From Synechococcus sp. SP2 MAG (GTDB lineage Bacteria > Cyanobacteriota > Cyanobacteriia > PCC-6307 > Cyanobiaceae): DNA of 64,000 bases. The position numbers and the translations under genes were made by a program. Shown here one piece after another: positions 60,720 to 64,000 of this stretch. The notes under the pieces are model-generated. The model did not search any database, had not been told where the DNA came from, and saw only the letters and a list, made by a program, of their open reading frames with translations. The DNA lies in contig JAVBIX010000029.1 of the NCBI GenBank assembly GCA_030756895.1, positions 991 to 64,990 of the forward strand, given 5' to 3'. Position 1 is the first letter of the stretch. Each line of letters opens with the position of its first letter.

Positions 60720-61127
60720 GTGTCGATGATGAGTGAAACAAGTCTCACTCTTTTGTATGACGGAGCTTGTCCGCTGTGTCTTCGTGAAGTCAAGTTTTTG
60801 AAACGCCGAGATCTTCATGGAAGGCTGGCTTTTGTCGACATCGATCAGGACACGTACGACCCTGCCCAATGGAAGGGGATTGGCTACAGAGATGCGATGG
60901 CACGCATTCATGCCATTCGAGCTGACGGAGAGATTCTTCAAGATGTGGCTGTGTTCCGAGAGGCTTATCGCTGCGTTGGCCTTGGTTGGATCTATGCCCC
61001 GACCCAATGGCCTTTCATTGGAGCGTTGATCGATCGCATCTATGCACTTTGGGCCTCGCAGCGTTTGCGTATGACTGGGCGTGCAAGTCTCAATGAACTA
61101 TGCCATTGCAAGCAAATTACATCGTGA
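60720..61127 (+). CDS. DCC1-like thiol-disulfide oxidoreductase (DUF393)
   Basis: LYDGACPLC (DxxCxxC) motif. Confidence 0.85.
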   Translation: MSMMSETSLTLLYDGACPLCLREVKFLKRRDLHGRLAFVDIDQDTYDPAQWKGIGYRDAMARIHAIRADGEILQDVAVFREAYRCVGLGWIYAPTQWPFIGALIDRIYALWASQRLRMTGRASLNELCHCKQITS

Positions 61128-61405
61128 TTTATTGCACAAATCGGATTTGTAATTAGGCACGTTGGCGTTATTTTCTTTAAAATTAGCTTGGCAATTAGAT
61201 GATGCCTGTCTCTATTTCAATGTGTAGTTTATCGCAATAATGCATTTGTAAATTTATAGCGCTTATCTTGAAAGGCTGTCAAGGCGCTCCTGTTAATCAG
61301 TCGAAAGAATGATTTTGCTTGAAAGTAATTTAATCATTAGTATATTTTAAGGATTATTCGGTAAATTCTTCTGATTATGAATGTGGTTAAGGGGGTTAGT
61401 GATTC

Positions 61406-64000
61406 CTATGATGTGACGCCTTCGATTCGATCTTCAACCTCTTGGTAAAGCTCTTGAAGTTGTTGAATGTTCTCGTCAGATGTTTCCCAGTATCCGCGTC
61501 CATTCACTTCAAGCAAGGTCCCAACAATCCGCCTGAAGCTATGTGGATTGAGCTCCAGTAAACGTTTTCGCATTTCTGGATCATTGATGAATGTCTCATT
61601 TGCTTCTTCGTAAACAAAGTTGTCAACAGAACCGCTGGTGGCACTCCATCCCAGAGTGAAGTTTAAGCGTTTCGCTACTTCACGCACACCCTCATAACCC
61701 GAATCAAGCATGCCTTCGTACCACTTCGGATTGAGGAGTTTGGTGCGTGAGTCGAGGCGAATCGTTTCACTTAAAGAGCGAACCTGAGCATTCGCCGTTG
61801 TCGTATCTGCGATATAGCTCGTTGGTGTTTTTCCGTCATCGCGAAGCCCCTGAATCAGCTTGGTGGGGTCGCTGTCGAAATAATGACTAACATCGGTGAG
61901 CGAAATCTCGGCGGAATCAAGATTTTGGAAGGTCACGTCTGCAGTTTTCATGACTGATTCGAACACTTCACGCTTTTGATCCATTTCGCCGGGATTGTCG
62001 GCATTAAAGGCAAATGTTTTACGGGAGAGATACATCTCCTGGAGTTCTCCTTCTTCTTCCCAGCTACTGTTTTCAACAGCGAGGTTCACATTGGAGCTGT
62101 AGCTACCGCTTGCATTGGAAAACACACGACAAGCAGCATCACGAAGGCTTGTTCCTTCTTTTTCTGCTTGTTCAAGAGAATGTTTTCGTACAAAGTTCTG
62201 TTCAACGGCTTCCTCAGATTCTGCGGCCATTTTTACGCCTTGGTCAATCAGGGCCATCTGATTAATAAATAGATCTCGGAACACACCAGAACAATTCACA
62301 ACAACATCGATCCTTGGCCGGCCGAGTTCTTCAAGGGGAATGAGCTCTAGTTTGTTGACCCGGCCTAAAGAATCGGGAACGGGGCGAACTCCGATGAACC
62401 AAAGGATCTGTGCGAGTGACTCTCCATAGGTTTTGATGTTGTCTGTTCCCCAGAGCACGCAAGCGATGGTTTCAGGCCAATCGCCCTGTTCCTCTTTCTG
62501 TCGTTCGATCAATTTGTCGACAACAACTTTGGCTGCAGCCACTGCTGCCCTGGTAGGAATCGCTTGCGGATCAAGAGCATGTATGTTTTTCCCACTCGGT
62601 AGTACGCCTGGATTCCTAATTGGGTCTCCTCCGGGGCCAGGCAATATATATTCCCCATCCAGAGCTCTTAAGAGGCTCTCCATTTCCATATCTGCGCAGA
62701 TTTGTTGGAGACAGAAACGCAAATAGGTAAAGAGGGTGTCAAGTGCAGCGCTGTCGACGCCCGTGAAACCACCAGCTGAACAGGCTCGGAACCAGGGTGT
62801 TGGCAGTTTGAATCCAAAGCGTGAGATCAGATCCAGGAACCATCCAAAGTTTTCGCGCATATTGACGCGACCATCGCCCCCCGTAAGAGATCGCACCATG
62901 GATCCAACAGCAGCCCGTGAGACTTCCGTGATCGTGCGATTGAGTTCCACATCTTCAAGAACACCATCGTCATTTCCCTTGTAAATATCTTCGATCTTGC
63001 GGCCGATGGATTCAGCGAGTAGTCCAGGTAAGGAACGAAGGCCTTCTTCTTCACGCTCCAAAGCAGCAATACTCACCAGAGTTGCAATCGCCTCTTCTGC
63101 TGTGGGTGGCTTGCCAATGGTATGAAGGCCGCAAGGAAGCAGGCGACTTTCAATTTCCATCAATTGGCGGTAGATGGCCCCAACAATGGCGTCGCGATCT
63201 TCGAGAGTTAGATCAGACGAATCATCGTCCGGAAGCGTGACGTCTTTATCAAGATTGCATAAGCGTGCAGTTTCTACGATTGCATTCACAATTTGAACTC
63301 CTCGACCACTTTCTCTTAGTTGTTGATAGGAACCCACCAACTCACCAAGCTCCTTAAGTCCTTTGTAGAGGCCAGCATTTTCTGCTGGTGGTGTGAGGTA
63401 GCTAATTGTGGATGCATACCCGCGTCGTTTTGCAATTGTTGCTTCAGATGGATTATTGGCTGCGTAGTAATAGAGGTTTGGTAAGGCTCCGATTAGGGAG
63501 TCTGGATAACACGTTTCACTCATACCCATTTGTTTGCCGGGCATAAATTCAAGAGAACCATGTGTGCCGAAGTGGAGCACGGCATCTGCTCCCCAAACTT
63601 TTTCTATGTAGGTGTAATAAGCCGCAAAACCATGGTGAGGACTTGCGCTGCGTGAATAAAGAAGGCGCATAGGATCACCTTCATAACCAAAGGTTGGTTG
63701 AATCCCTACAAAAATATTTCCGAAATGACGTCCGTAAATCAGCAAACTTTGCCCATCACTGTTTAAATTACCTGGTGGTTTTCCCCAGTTTTCTTCTAAG
63801 CGTTCGGAATAGGGTGTGAGCCGTTCATACTCTTCAACGCTCATTCGATGGGCGATCGAGAGTTCTGGTGATCCTTGAAGAGCTTCGGGGTCGTTGATCA
63901 CTGTCTCCATGAGTGCCTTTGCATCACGTGGCATGTTCTGCACGTCGTACCCCTTGGCTTTCATCTCTTGAAGAACCCTGTGAATGGAGTCGAAAACATT
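61406..64000 (-). CDS. chlH: Magnesium chelatase subunit H, 5' part outside window
   Basis: [37 protein letters not shown] and [10 protein letters not shown]. The frame is open to the window edge. Confidence 0.95.
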   Translation of the reverse strand, partial: NVFDSIHRVLQEMKAKGYDVQNMPRDAKALMETVINDPEALQGSPELSIAHRMSVEEYERLTPYSERLEENWGKPPGNLNSDGQSLLIYGRHFGNIFVGIQPTFGYEGDPMRLLYSRSASPHHGFAAYYTYIEKVWGADAVLHFGTHGSLEFMPGKQMGMSETCYPDSLIGALPNLYYYAANNPSEATIAKRRGYASTISYLTPPAENAGLYKGLKELGELVGSYQQLRESGRGVQIVNAIVETARLCNLDKDVTLPDDDSSDLTLEDRDAIVGAIYRQLMEIESRLLPCGLHTIGKPPTAEEAIATLVSIAALEREEEGLRSLPGLLAESIGRKIEDIYKGNDDGVLEDVELNRTITEVSRAAVGSMVRSLTGGDGRVNMRENFGWFLDLISRFGFKLPTPWFRACSAGGFTGVDSAALDTLFTYLRFCLQQICADMEMESLLRALDGEYILPGPGGDPIRNPGVLPSGKNIHALDPQAIPTRAAVAAAKVVVDKLIERQKEEQGDWPETIACVLWGTDNIKTYGESLAQILWFIGVRPVPDSLGRVNKLELIPLEELGRPRIDVVVNCSGVFRDLFINQMALIDQGVKMAAESEEAVEQNFVRKHSLEQAEKEGTSLRDAACRVFSNASGSYSSNVNLAVENSSWEEEGELQEMYLSRKTFAFNADNPGEMDQKREVFESVMKTADVTFQNLDSAEISLTDVSHYFDSDPTKLIQGLRDDGKTPTSYIADTTTANAQVRSLSETIRLDSRTKLLNPKWYEGMLDSGYEGVREVAKRLNFTLGWSATSGSVDNFVYEEANETFINDPEMRKRLLELNPHSFRRIVGTLLEVNGRGYWETSDENIQQLQELYQEVEDRIEGVTS

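Overview
The window looks like marine picocyanobacterial chromosome (Synechococcus-type). This is inferred from the gene set and order (psbY, crtH, pdxJ-ycf54, stpA, cbiX, chlH), not from a database match. Most of it is core genome: trmFO, crtH, grxD-bolA, pdxJ, an SbcCD-like pair, metY/metA, an amino-acid ABC transporter, cbiX, carB, tpiA, folP and a partial chlH, plus tRNA-Lys(UUU) and initiator tRNA-Met. A patchy, partly AT-rich accessory tract spans about 11.1-23.4 kb, and a kinase/regulator pair lies downstream of tRNA-Lys. Strongest leads, all read by eye: (1) a ~510-aa 'hypothetical' near stpA that aligns motif-by-motif to NAD-dependent glycerol-3-phosphate dehydrogenase but has a degenerate nucleotide-binding loop; (2) an orphan with papain/calpain-type QGxxxxCW...NHA motifs inside a five-gene co-oriented run headed by a Nif11-like peptide; (3) a Gly/Met-ladder repeat protein with a His patch next to a Fur-family gene, with a 7-1-7 palindrome over its start codon; (4) an uncalled 49-aa secreted peptide with a CC-C-C framework. 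I saw no CRISPR array, transposase or rRNA. Family assignments come from recalled motifs; no searches were run.
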